Shown: positions 10,367 through 19,809 of the stretch, piece by piece
How the letters are laid out: every line of letters starts with the position of its first letter
Numbering within the stretch: position 1 is the stretch's first letter
From: Dehalococcoidia bacterium
Lineage (GTDB): Bacteria > Chloroflexota > Dehalococcoidia > Lucifugimonadales > CBDBON01
Direction: 5' to 3'
NCBI GenBank assembly: GCA_965208395.1
Contig: CBDBON010000002.1
Coordinates: 532,010-596,009 of the forward strand
DNA length: 64,000 nt
Position numbers and translations under genes: made by a program
The notes under the pieces: model-generated
Database searches by the model: none
Told to the model about the DNA's origin: nothing
Seen by the model: the letters and a program-made list of their open reading frames with translations, nothing else

Positions 10367-11809
10367 TCATCTATCGGGACTGAAGCGCCCCTCCAGCCCG
10401 CAGGTCTCCGCCGCTCTCAAGAATGCTTCCGATGGTTCGCCCAAGCTGGCGTCCCGCATGGCCTCCGCCAGCTTCGCAGGCCCGCCCAGCTCCTCGAACA
10501 GGCAGGCCGCGCCCTCCCTGAAGTCGGGCGGCAACCCCAATCTCGGAGCGTAGGTCTCCCATTCATCGTCGTTCATGCAGACCACTGAGACGTTCAGTGC
10601 CGTCATCCCCAGCGCCAGGGAGTTTTCGGGGGCAAACCCGGCGACGGCCGGAGCCAACAGACCGCGCAGGTCAATCGGCACGAATCCCTCCCGTATGCAC
10701 AATGAAGTCTCTTCACTGAACGGTTCAACTTGCCCTACGAGCGTGGTCAGGAACAGCCTCAGCACCGTGTCGTCTTGCAGGCAGTTGACGATGTCCACGA
10801 CGGTCTCCAGCGAGCCGCCGGGAGAGCGCCCCGTCATCTGCAACAGTTCCTGTGGGCCGATGCCCTTATCGCCGAGGCAGGACTGTTCCCTGGGCGACAG
10901 TCCAGACAGGAACGTTTGGGGGTCGTCAATAGCCACGGGGTGCAGCGTGTCAGGCGGCAGCCCCATACCCTCCGTGGAAGTGTCGCCGCCTGTGCCACCG
11001 GAGCCGGAGTCGTCAGGCATGTTCTCCGACATTCCCGCAAAGCCCACGCCGCACTTGGCTGCCGTGGCTACGAACGCCGTAGGCAATCCCGATTCATCCG
11101 TTTGGAGCAGGGCTTCCGCCACTCCCGTCGGTCCGCCCAGTTCGGCCAACAGGCAATCCGTACCGGATTTGTCGCGAGGCCCTAACTCCAGTGCGGAGGA
11201 CGCCGCCTCCCACTCCTCATCGTTCAGGCAGGCGGTGAACGTCAGGAAACTCGCCATCCCAACTATCCGGGCATCCATCGCTCCGGCAGCCGCCCCGGGC
11301 GATTTCATCATTGGGCGCAGGTCCATCCCGCCCAGACCTTGGCGGATGCACACGGAGGTCTCATCACTCAATTCTCCGGTTGCCGTCAGCGGCTCGCTCA
11401 GGAACATGCGCAACACCGTCTCATCTTCGAGACAGTCGAGGATGGCGTCCCCCTCCTCGGCTCCATCGGTCGAGGTCATTGCCGTCATGATCTGGGCGAT
11501 GCCGAGATTGCCGTCGGCAAGGCAGGACTGCTCCTGTGCAGATAGAGCCGACAGGAACGTCTGTGGGTCGTCCAAATCCAGCGGTGCAAGGCTCCGGGCA
11601 GCCTCCGGTCTGTCCGCTTGCGGTGTCGCCGTCGCCGTAGGTTGCGGAGTGGCCGTCGGTGTCGGCGTGGCGGTGGCCTCCGGCGCACGGGTGGCCGTTG
11701 CCTCCGCCGTAGGCTGCGCGGCCGGGGCCTGGCCGTCGTCTGAGCAGGCCATGATCGAGAATAGCGAAGCCAGGACAACCAGGACTGCCACGAAGTGTTG
11801 CTTTGACAA
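10367..11809 (-). CDS. Lipoprotein with a T/P/A-rich linker and an internally duplicated Cys-containing domain
   Basis: Lipobox ..LFSIMAC|SDD. Two homologous halves: LDLDDPQTFLSALSAQEQSCLADGNLG... and VAIDDPQTFLSGLSPREQSCLGDKGIG.... Confidence 0.6.
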   Translation of the reverse strand: MSKQHFVAVLVVLASLFSIMACSDDGQAPAAQPTAEATATRAPEATATPTPTATPQPTATATPQADRPEAARSLAPLDLDDPQTFLSALSAQEQSCLADGNLGIAQIMTAMTSTDGAEEGDAILDCLEDETVLRMFLSEPLTATGELSDETSVCIRQGLGGMDLRPMMKSPGAAAGAMDARIVGMASFLTFTACLNDEEWEAASSALELGPRDKSGTDCLLAELGGPTGVAEALLQTDESGLPTAFVATAAKCGVGFAGMSENMPDDSGSGGTGGDTSTEGMGLPPDTLHPVAIDDPQTFLSGLSPREQSCLGDKGIGPQELLQMTGRSPGGSLETVVDIVNCLQDDTVLRLFLTTLVGQVEPFSEETSLCIREGFVPIDLRGLLAPAVAGFAPENSLALGMTALNVSVVCMNDDEWETYAPRLGLPPDFREGAACLFEELGGPAKLAEAMRDASLGEPSEAFLRAAETCGLEGRFSPDR

Positions 11810-11835
11810 GTTCGCCTCCCTGAATTAGACGGAGT

Positions 11836-14409
11836 TCACAACCTCGGATCGACCGGCTCGCTCTCAAGGGCGAGCACGCCGAAGGCGCACTCATGCACCC
11901 TGTAGAGGGGCTCTCGTTCCACGAATCGCTGGAGACCCTCTACGCCCAACGCGAATTCACGAAGGGCAAGAGACCTCTTTGCGGAGATGTTCCGGTTCCG
12001 CAGACGCTCCAAATTCTCCGGCAGCGTGTACTCGGGTCCGTAGATGATGCGCAGATATTCGGTACCCCTGCACTTTATGGCGGGCTGCGCCAAGCCACGC
12101 TTGGCCTTCGATACAAAGTCCAACGGCTTGACGACCATGCCCTCGCCGCCCGTACTCGTAAGTTCCTCCCACCAACCGGTGGCCTCAGATTCATCCGACG
12201 TGTCCAGTCGCACAACCTTATGCCGGGTGTCCCGGAAAAACTCAGAATCAGCCTCTTGCAGGCGCGTAGCGACGTTCATGTGCCACAGGTGGTCTTTGTC
12301 GGTGTGCAGTCGTCCTTCGCTCGCAAGCAGGTGGAAGGGCGCGAACTGGATGTCGGCCAGCGATTCGACCGGCCAGCAGTACCGGGCGTAGGCGTCGCCG
12401 TAGAGCTTGACCAGGCCGATCCTGTCTTCAACCCCGGCCAGGGTGTCGGCGACCTCGACGCCGCGAGCAGCCGTCTGCCGGAGGAGTGATCCGGCGGCCG
12501 TCAGGCTGGTGCGAGCAGCCGCACCGACGGCGGCGTACTGGTCGCTGAGCAGTTCCTGCGCCTTGAGGGACCACGGCATGATCTCGCTGTCCAGCACGAT
12601 CCAGCCCGTCTCCAGTTCATCCCAGAGCCCAGCCTCCGAGATGCCCCTGCGGACGCGTTCCATGAACGCCGACTCCAGGGCGCGGTCTCCAAAGAACCTT
12701 CGCCCCGTCCGCGTGTAACATGCGCCGACGCCATCGCCGGTGACGCCGAAGCGCCGCTCTATGGCAGAGGCGTCCCGCCCAACAACCACCACGGCCCGTG
12801 AACCCATGTGCTTCTCTTCGCAGACCACCTCGGACACGCCAGCGTTGCGGTAGTAGGTGAATGCCTCGGCTGGATGCTCCAGCAGGCCGGGGAGTTTGGA
12901 CGTCTCGGATGGAGAGATCGTGGGCGGAAGGTAGACGAGCCAGCGCGGGTCCAAGGCGAACCGGCTCATCACCTCAAGCGCCGCAGCAGCGTTCTCCTCC
13001 CGCACCGTGACATTCCCTCGCAGCCGGGTCGATACGACGCGCTTGCCGATCACGTCATCGATGTCGAGAAGGTTCGCCGAGCGGTCCGTGGCTGACCCGG
13101 TTGACTCCTCCGGCGAGACGGATTGGGCCAATGGTCTGACCGGCTCGTAGTAGACCCGCGCCGCCGGAACCGACACGAGCTCCTTCTCAGGGTACCGGAG
13201 CGCGGTCAGCTTCCCGCCGAACACGCAGCCGGTATCGATGTTGATGGTGCGGTTGAGCCACTCTGGTTCCACAACGGCGGTATGGCCGTAGACAACCGTA
13301 GCCTTCCCCCGATACTCGGCCGCCCAGTTGGCGCGTATCGGGAGTCCGAATTCGTCCTTCTCCCCGGTGGTCTCCCCGTACAGGCAGAAGTCCCGGACAC
13401 GGGCCGAGGCGCGGCCCTGGTACTCCGACTTGATGCCCGCGTGGGCCACCACCAGGTCCCCGTCGTCGAGCACGTAGTGGCTGATGAGCCCATCCAGGAA
13501 GGCAAGAGCCTGTTGCCGAAACGCTTCGGACTCCATGTCCAGTTGCGCCAGCGACTCCGCCAGTCCGTGGGTCACCTGAACGTTCCTGCCCTGGAGCTTG
13601 CGAGCCAGCTTGGACTCGTGATTGCCGGCTACGCAGAGGGCCGAACCGTCCGTCACCATCGACATCACGAGCTTGAGCACGTTGACGACGCCGGGGCCTC
13701 GGTCCACGAGGTCGCCCACGAACACGGCCTTTCGTCCCTCGAGATGGGATACCGAAAAGCCTACGCCGCCGTCAGACTCGGTGCGGGTCTCAATCTCATA
13801 GCCTAAGCGTTCCAGGAGGGCGAGGAGCTCATCGAAACACCCGTGGACATCGCCGATGACGTCGAAGGGGCCGCGCTCGTGACGCAGGTTGACCCACATG
13901 GGCGTCCGTTGAACGGTTGCGGAGTCAGCCTCTTCGGGAGAGTTGAGCACGAACACATGCCGGAAGCCCTCGCGCTTCAGCCCGCGAAGCGACCGCCTGA
14001 GCTGCTGGGCCTGCTGGCGCACCACGCGACCCCCAAATTGGCGGTCGGGGCGCTCTCTGTTGCGGGCCAGGCAGAGGGCCTCGGGCATGTTCAGGACGAT
14101 GGCCACCGGCAGGCAGTCATGCTCCCTGGCCAGTTCCACGAGGGACTTCCGCGCCTCCGGCTGGACGCTGGTGGCGTCAATGACCGTGAGGCGGCGGGAG
14201 CGCAGGCGCGTCGCCGCGATGAAGTTGAGCAGGGCAAAGGCGTCGGGAGTCGCCGCCTGGTCGTTGGCGTCGTCGGCAACCATCGCCCGGCAATCGTCCG
14301 AAGACACCACTTCGGTGGGCTTGAAGTGACGGGAGGCAAAGTGGGACTTCCCCGAACCGGTGGGGCCGATGAGAGCGACGAGACACAGCTCGGGAATGGA
14401 GATGTTCAT
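11836..14409 (-). CDS. pnkp: Polynucleotide kinase-phosphatase (RNA repair Pnkp: kinase, metallophosphatase and ligase-like domains)
   Basis: MNISIPELCLVALIGPTGSGKSHF (P-loop kinase), GDVHGC..GDLVDRGP..GNHE (calcineurin-like phosphatase), and a long adenylyltransferase-like C-terminus (CEEKHMGSRAVVVV). ATG 14409 overlaps the hen1 stop as ATGA. Confidence 0.85.
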   Translation of the reverse strand: MNISIPELCLVALIGPTGSGKSHFASRHFKPTEVVSSDDCRAMVADDANDQAATPDAFALLNFIAATRLRSRRLTVIDATSVQPEARKSLVELAREHDCLPVAIVLNMPEALCLARNRERPDRQFGGRVVRQQAQQLRRSLRGLKREGFRHVFVLNSPEEADSATVQRTPMWVNLRHERGPFDVIGDVHGCFDELLALLERLGYEIETRTESDGGVGFSVSHLEGRKAVFVGDLVDRGPGVVNVLKLVMSMVTDGSALCVAGNHESKLARKLQGRNVQVTHGLAESLAQLDMESEAFRQQALAFLDGLISHYVLDDGDLVVAHAGIKSEYQGRASARVRDFCLYGETTGEKDEFGLPIRANWAAEYRGKATVVYGHTAVVEPEWLNRTINIDTGCVFGGKLTALRYPEKELVSVPAARVYYEPVRPLAQSVSPEESTGSATDRSANLLDIDDVIGKRVVSTRLRGNVTVREENAAAALEVMSRFALDPRWLVYLPPTISPSETSKLPGLLEHPAEAFTYYRNAGVSEVVCEEKHMGSRAVVVVGRDASAIERRFGVTGDGVGACYTRTGRRFFGDRALESAFMERVRRGISEAGLWDELETGWIVLDSEIMPWSLKAQELLSDQYAAVGAAARTSLTAAGSLLRQTAARGVEVADTLAGVEDRIGLVKLYGDAYARYCWPVESLADIQFAPFHLLASEGRLHTDKDHLWHMNVATRLQEADSEFFRDTRHKVVRLDTSDESEATGWWEELTSTGGEGMVVKPLDFVSKAKRGLAQPAIKCRGTEYLRIIYGPEYTLPENLERLRNRNISAKRSLALREFALGVEGLQRFVEREPLYRVHECAFGVLALESEPVDPRL

Positions 14410-15806
14410 CGCGTGAAGACACCCATCTGCGTCGGCGCTCCATGCACTGGGTGGACGGGGCCGATGTCCTGGAAGATCACTTCGTACTTGCGGCGGTCCG
14501 CAACCTGTCGCGACCAGTCTTGGAATTCGGCTCGCGTCCACTCGAAACGATGGTCCCCGTGCCTGAACGCGCCGTCGGCCAGCCCTTCGAACAGCGCGTT
14601 GTACTCCGCATTCGGCGTCGTGATGAGGACGGCGCCGGGCCTGGCGTTCCCGAAAATGGTGTCCTCGAAGGCGTCAAGTCGCGTGGGGTCGATGTGCTCG
14701 ATCACCTCCATGGCGACGGCGACATCGTGCCCTGAGAAGCGCTTGTCCCGATAGGTGAGGGAGCCGTGCAGGAGGGTGATACGCTCCCGTTGTCGCGGGG
14801 GAAGGGTGTCGAGGCGCAGCCGGCGGGCCGCCGTTTCAAACGCCCGGTGCGAGACATCCAGACCGGTGATCGAACGAACCGAAGACTCTCCGAGTAGAGC
14901 CTCGATCAACCTCCCCTCGCCACAGCCGAGGTCGAGCACCCTGGCCGCCCCCATGTCGCGGAGCACCGTGAGCACCGCCTGAGTGCGCTGCTCACCCAGT
15001 CGAATGGGCGATTCAAGCCGTTCCTCTTCCCGTTCGTGCCTTGTGGCGACAACGCCCGGGTCAGCCGATCCCGCGTCAAGCAGCTGGGCGAGCGCCTGGC
15101 TTACCAGGCTGCGCTGATGCTTCAGGTAGCGGCGCGAGATGAGTTCACGCAGAGGATGGTTGTCCAGCCACCCCTCGCCGAAGCGCAGGAGCTTGGCCAC
15201 CTCGTCGTCGCCGACCCAGTAGTGCTTGTCGTCGTCCAGGACGGGCAAGAGCACGTAGAGGTGAGCGAGCAGTTCCCGGAGTCGGACCTTCGACGACAGG
15301 CGCACGCCGTAGTACGGGCTGTGTCCCCACTCTGGGAAACGTTCATCCAAGGGCCGCCCTGAAACGTGAACGTCGTAGCCCAGCGGCTCGAACAAGCGCC
15401 TGATGAGATCCGGCCCATCCGCAGAGGGCATCGCGGGAACATCGGCTTCCAGCGGCATGGGCATGTCGGCAAGTTCCGCTCGTTCGGCGCTCTTCCCCGC
15501 CAGCGCGCTGCCGAAGACCAAAGCAATCGCCACGCTCATGTGTGATGAGACGACGTAGGGACGGTCGTTCACGTATTGCCCAAGCCAGTCCCCGGCGTTG
15601 GGGTTCCCGGACTTCGGGCGTGCCAGCCCCACCGGATCGATGTGCAACAGAAGCACCGCCGTGCAGCGGTGGATGTCTGCCTCGGGGTAGAAGACGTCGG
15701 CCCTCCCGAAAGACAGCTTGAACGACTGGAATCGACTAGGGTTCTTGTGGAGCAGGAACCCCAGGTCGGTCGCCGGTTGGTGCGTCGTCGTGATGGTGAG
15801 CAACAT
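14406..15806 (-). CDS. hen1: RNA 3'-terminal 2'-O-methyltransferase Hen1
   Basis: MLLTITTTHQPATDLGFLLHKNPSRFQSF is a bacterial Hen1-type N-terminus. SAM-methyltransferase motif VLDLGCGEG. Sits directly upstream of pnkp. Confidence 0.85.
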   Translation of the reverse strand: MLLTITTTHQPATDLGFLLHKNPSRFQSFKLSFGRADVFYPEADIHRCTAVLLLHIDPVGLARPKSGNPNAGDWLGQYVNDRPYVVSSHMSVAIALVFGSALAGKSAERAELADMPMPLEADVPAMPSADGPDLIRRLFEPLGYDVHVSGRPLDERFPEWGHSPYYGVRLSSKVRLRELLAHLYVLLPVLDDDKHYWVGDDEVAKLLRFGEGWLDNHPLRELISRRYLKHQRSLVSQALAQLLDAGSADPGVVATRHEREEERLESPIRLGEQRTQAVLTVLRDMGAARVLDLGCGEGRLIEALLGESSVRSITGLDVSHRAFETAARRLRLDTLPPRQRERITLLHGSLTYRDKRFSGHDVAVAMEVIEHIDPTRLDAFEDTIFGNARPGAVLITTPNAEYNALFEGLADGAFRHGDHRFEWTRAEFQDWSRQVADRRKYEVIFQDIGPVHPVHGAPTQMGVFTR

Positions 15807-16137
15807 GATTCAAATGTTAGGACCGAAAAGTAGTGCCTCAGTTTCGGTTAGAGCAATTACCGCAGCCGCCTCATCCGCCACTTTCGCAGGACGGCCAGCA
15901 ACCGGCGCAGGGCTCGAATCTCATACTTTGCTAGCTCTGGTTGCATACCTTCACCCTGGGCAGTTCCAAGCCTGCCTGAGACCGGCTGGTCCAACGACGG
16001 CCACCGACAACATTCACCTGCTTGCCTTTTGCCGATTGTTGCAATCACATTATACAGTTGCGATAATCAAACAACCAGAGCGCATCATGGTCGTTGATGG
16101 GAATTGTCTCGGAGACGGAGACACCGAGGAGAGACCG

Positions 16138-16500
16138 ATGGCTAGGACAGCGAGCTTCGATGGCGGGGCCTTTTTCACCGCCCTGGACGCGGAGCGTCAG
16201 GCCCGCCGACGCACCTGGAGGCAGGTGGCGGAGGAGTGCGGCATCAGCGCCTCCACGTTGAGCCGCATGGCCCAGGGCAGACTGCCCGACGTGAACGGCC
16301 TTGCTGCCTTGGCGGCCTGGTCGGGGCTGGAGGTGGACCGCTTCGTCAAGAGCGCTGTCGCCAGAGAAGAGCCGAAGCCGATGGCGGTCATCTCTTCCTG
16401 CCTGCACGCAGACCCCCACCTCAGCGAAGAGGCCGCCGTCGCCATTGACCAGATGGTGAGGGCAGCCTATAGAAGCATGGCGAGCCAGCGACAGGATTGA
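16138..16500 (+). CDS. XRE-family HTH regulator preceding hsdR
   Basis: RRTWRQVAEECGISASTLSRMAQGRLPDVNGL is an HTH_3-like segment. ATG 16138 sits within listed ORF 15718..16500. The stop is 4 nt before the hsdR start. Confidence 0.7.
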   Translation: MARTASFDGGAFFTALDAERQARRRTWRQVAEECGISASTLSRMAQGRLPDVNGLAALAAWSGLEVDRFVKSAVAREEPKPMAVISSCLHADPHLSEEAAVAIDQMVRAAYRSMASQRQD

Positions 16501-16504
16501 CGGC

Positions 16505-19309
16505 ATGACTCCCGAAGAACAGGCCAGGGTCAGGATAGACAGCCTGCTTAGGCAGGCAGGTTGGGCCGTGCAGGACGCCGCCGCCATCAACCTGTACGCA
16601 AGCGCCGGCGTCGCGGTGCGGGAGTTTTCGCTGAAGCCCGGACACGGTGACGCCGACTACCTGCTGTTCGTCAACCAGAAGGCCGCGGGCGTGGTCGAGG
16701 CCAAGCCGGAAGGCTTCACCCTCACCGGCGTAGAGGTCCAGTCCGAGAAGTACAGCGCAGGTCTGCCCGATAACCTTCCCGCCCACCAACGCCCGCTCCC
16801 GTTCCTGTACGAGAGCACCAGTTCGGAAACCCAGTTCACCAACAGGCTGGACCCCGAACCGAGAAGCAGGGGCGTCTTCTCCTTCCATACCCCGCAGACG
16901 CTCGCTGAGTGGATAGGCGCGACCTATATGCTAGATGCCGAGGCGGGACGAATCGCCGAACACAAGGGCGACCACCTGGCCATGAACAACCTGCGCCAGA
17001 GGCTGAAGGCCATGCCGCCCCTGAACGCATCGGGGCTGTGGCCGGTGCAGGAGCGGGCGATCAGGAACCTGGAGGAGTCCCTGAGTGCAGGACGCCCGCG
17101 TGCGCTGGTGCAGATGGCCACCGGCAGCGGCAAGACCTTCATGGCCTGCAACCAGGTGTATCGCCTCGTCAAGCACGCTGGAGCGCGGCGTGTGCTTTTC
17201 CTCGTAGACCGCAGCAACCTTGGACGTCAGACGTTGCGGGAGTTCCAGGGCTTCACCACCCCGGACGAGGGCCGCAAGTTCACCGAGCTCTACAACGTCC
17301 AACTCCTCCAGTCCGGGCATATCGACCCGGTGAGCCGGGTCTGCATCGCCACCATCCAGCGGGTCTACTCCATCCTGAAGGGCGAGGAGCTTGACCCGGA
17401 GCGGGAGGAGTTTTCCGACTTCGACACACCCTCGCTCCAGCGCGAGCCCTCACCCGTCGAGTACAACCCCGACGTTCCCATCGAGACCTTCGACGTAATC
17501 ATCACCGATGAGTGCCACCGCTCGATCTACAACCTGTGGCGGCAGGTGCTGGAGTACTTCGACGGCTTCATCATCGGGCTGACCGCAACTCCGTCCAAGC
17601 AGACCGTCGGGTTCTTCCGGCAGAACCTGGTCATGGAGTACACCCACGAGCAGGCTGTGGCCGACGGGGTGAACGTGGACTTCGACACCTACCGGATTCG
17701 CACGCAGATCACCGAGCGGGGATCGACGGTGGACGCCGGGTACTACGTTGACCGGCGGGACAGGCAGACCAAGGAGGTGCGCTGGGAGCAGCTGGACGAG
17801 GACCTTACCTACGCACCCAGCCAGCTTGACCGCGACGTGGTGGCCGAGGCCCAGATTCGCACGGTCATCCAGACCTTCAGGGACAAGCTGTTCACGGACA
17901 TGTTCCCCGGCCGCAGAGACGTGCCCAAGACCATCATCTTCGCCAAGGACGACAGCCACGCCGACGACATCGTGCGCGTCGTGCGGCAGGTCTTCGACAA
18001 GGGCAACGACTTCTGCCAGAAGATCACCTACCGCACCACCGGGGCGAGGCCCGAAGACCTGCTGACCGCCTTCCGCAACAGCTACAACCCCCGCATCGTC
18101 GTCACCGTGGACATGATCGCCACGGGCACGGACATCAAGCCGGTGGAGGTGGTCTTCTTCATGCGCAACGTGCGCAGCCGCAGCTTCTTCGAGCAGATGA
18201 AGGGACGCGGGGTGCGCACTATCTCCGAGACCGACTTCAACGCGGTGACCCCCGACGCCCGCAACAAGGACCGCTTCGTCATCGTCGATGCGGTGGGGGT
18301 GACGGAGACGCCGCTCTCGGACTCCTACTCGCTGGAGAGAAGGCCCTCGGTGTCCTTCGACAAGCTGCTGGAGATGGTGAGCATGGGCGACCGGGACCCG
18401 GAGGTGCTGTCGTCCCTCGCCAGCCGCCTGGCGCGGCTGGACCGCAAGCTGCGTCCCAGAGACCGCGAGGCCATAGAAGCAGCCTCCGAGGGCGCGCCAT
18501 TGAATGCCCTTGTCGCCAGCCTGGTGAACGCCACCGACCCGGACGCCGCTATCGTTGCGGCCCAGAAGACGACAGGGCAGGACGAACCGCCCGAATCCGC
18601 GGTCGAAGAGGCCAAGCGCCGGTTGCTGGACGAGGCTGCCCGGCCCTTCGCCGCCAACCCCGGCCTGCGGCAGCGGCTGGTGGACATCCACCGCTCCTAC
18701 GAGCAGACCATCGACACGGTGAGCGCCGACAGCGTGATGGAGGCTGGTTTCTCCGAGGGCCAGGCCAACGGCGTGGTGCAGTCGTTCCAGCAGTTCATAG
18801 AGGAGAACCGGGACGAGATCACGGCGTTGCAGGTGCTCTATGAGCGACCCTTTAGGCGACGGCTGGGCTATGCCGACATCAAAGCCCTGGCGGACGCCCT
18901 GGTGTCTCCGCCTCGCTCGTGGACGGCGGAACGGCTGTGGGAGGCCTATCGACAACTGGACGAATCGAAGGTGCGCGGCTCAGGACAGCGGACCCTGGCG
19001 GACATCGTGTCCGTCGTGCGCTACGCTATCGGCGGCGCGGACGAGCTTGCGCCCTTCGCAGACGGCGTGCGCGAACGCTTTCAGGGGTGGATGGCGATGC
19101 AGCAGACGGCGGGCCGCTCCTTCACCGAGGAGCAGATACGCTGGCTGGAGGCCATCCGAGACCACATCGCTGGCAGCGTCAGCATGGAGATGGGCGACTT
19201 CCAACTGCCCCCGTTCTCGCAGCAGGGCGGCCTCGGCAAGGCGCACCAGCTCTTCGGGCAAGAACTGGCCGGGCTGTTGGAGGAACTCAACCTCGAGTTG
19301 GTGGCATAG
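16505..19309 (+). CDS. hsdR: Type I restriction enzyme R subunit (helicase/nuclease, EcoEI-like C-terminus)
   Basis: N-terminus MTPEEQARVRIDSLLRQAGW. Helicase motifs MATGSGKT and ITDECHR..LTATP. The tail ..FTEEQIRWLEAIRDHIA.. resembles type IB R subunits. Confidence 0.9.
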   Translation: MTPEEQARVRIDSLLRQAGWAVQDAAAINLYASAGVAVREFSLKPGHGDADYLLFVNQKAAGVVEAKPEGFTLTGVEVQSEKYSAGLPDNLPAHQRPLPFLYESTSSETQFTNRLDPEPRSRGVFSFHTPQTLAEWIGATYMLDAEAGRIAEHKGDHLAMNNLRQRLKAMPPLNASGLWPVQERAIRNLEESLSAGRPRALVQMATGSGKTFMACNQVYRLVKHAGARRVLFLVDRSNLGRQTLREFQGFTTPDEGRKFTELYNVQLLQSGHIDPVSRVCIATIQRVYSILKGEELDPEREEFSDFDTPSLQREPSPVEYNPDVPIETFDVIITDECHRSIYNLWRQVLEYFDGFIIGLTATPSKQTVGFFRQNLVMEYTHEQAVADGVNVDFDTYRIRTQITERGSTVDAGYYVDRRDRQTKEVRWEQLDEDLTYAPSQLDRDVVAEAQIRTVIQTFRDKLFTDMFPGRRDVPKTIIFAKDDSHADDIVRVVRQVFDKGNDFCQKITYRTTGARPEDLLTAFRNSYNPRIVVTVDMIATGTDIKPVEVVFFMRNVRSRSFFEQMKGRGVRTISETDFNAVTPDARNKDRFVIVDAVGVTETPLSDSYSLERRPSVSFDKLLEMVSMGDRDPEVLSSLASRLARLDRKLRPRDREAIEAASEGAPLNALVASLVNATDPDAAIVAAQKTTGQDEPPESAVEEAKRRLLDEAARPFAANPGLRQRLVDIHRSYEQTIDTVSADSVMEAGFSEGQANGVVQSFQQFIEENRDEITALQVLYERPFRRRLGYADIKALADALVSPPRSWTAERLWEAYRQLDESKVRGSGQRTLADIVSVVRYAIGGADELAPFADGVRERFQGWMAMQQTAGRSFTEEQIRWLEAIRDHIAGSVSMEMGDFQLPPFSQQGGLGKAHQLFGQELAGLLEELNLELVA

Positions 19310-19341
19310 CATGTCCAGGAGAAGTGAAAGGAGGCAATTCA

Positions 19342-19542
19342 ATGACCAGCGCTGATGAGATCAAGCAGGCAGTCTTGAGCCTTCCTGAAGCCGAGTACAC
19401 CAAGGTCATGGACTGGCTTCATGAGTTGGCGGAGGAGGCGTGGGACCGAGAGATCGAAGATGACGCGAAGGCTCGACGGCTGGACTTCCTGAAGGCTGAG
19501 GTCGAACAGGCCAAGCGGGAAGGCACCCTGAGGGAGTTGTAG
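19342..19542 (+). CDS. Putative antitoxin (small acidic helical protein)
   Basis: 66 aa, preceded by GAAAGGAGG. The stop is 1 nt before the toxin GTG. The position and size are typical of an addiction-module antidote. Confidence 0.5.
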   Translation: MTSADEIKQAVLSLPEAEYTKVMDWLHELAEEAWDREIEDDAKARRLDFLKAEVEQAKREGTLREL

Positions 19543-19543
19543 T

Positions 19544-19798
19544 GTGCATCGCACCACGCCCCAATTCTGGGCGCACTTCGAGCGGCTGCCTGAAGCGGTT
19601 CAGAGAACTGCTCAGCGAAACTTCCAGTTGCTCAAGGATGATCCGCGACACCCCTCCCTTCACTTCAAGAAGGCCAACGACTACTGGGTGGTCCGGGTAG
19701 GGCGTGCCTACAGAGCCCTCGCCATCGAAGAAGGGCAGGACCTGTTCTGGGTCTGGATTGGCGGCCACGACGACTACATGAGGGTCCTTGGCCGATAG
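19544..19798 (+). CDS. RelE/ParE-superfamily type II toxin
   Basis: 84 aa. ..LPEAVQRTAQRNFQLLKDDPRHPSLHFKK..WVVRVGRAYRALA..WVWIGGHDDY matches the ParE/RelE-like pattern. Confidence 0.6.
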   Translation: MHRTTPQFWAHFERLPEAVQRTAQRNFQLLKDDPRHPSLHFKKANDYWVVRVGRAYRALAIEEGQDLFWVWIGGHDDYMRVLGR

Positions 19799-19809
19799 GT
19801 ACGCTATCG

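Noticed and set aside
10575-11828. 417-aa plus-strand ORF opposite the repeat lipoprotein
   Set aside because: The minus-strand frame has a lipobox and an internally duplicated domain. The plus-strand product is S/P/A/R-rich with no features.
14410-14541. 44-codon N-terminal extension of pnkp in the ORF track
   Set aside because: It overlaps the hen1 3' end. ATG 14409 gives the canonical MNI..GPTGSGKS start and an ATGA overlap.
15718-16137. 140-codon upstream extension of the XRE gene
   Set aside because: It overlaps the hen1 5' end and the divergent promoter region. It has no features, and the HTH domain starts after ATG 16138.
17450-18955. 501-aa ORF antisense to hsdR
   Set aside because: It lies entirely inside the well-supported hsdR frame. 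Its composition is low-complexity (G/V/H/L/A/R-rich) and typical of shadow ORFs in high-GC DNA, and it has no motif.
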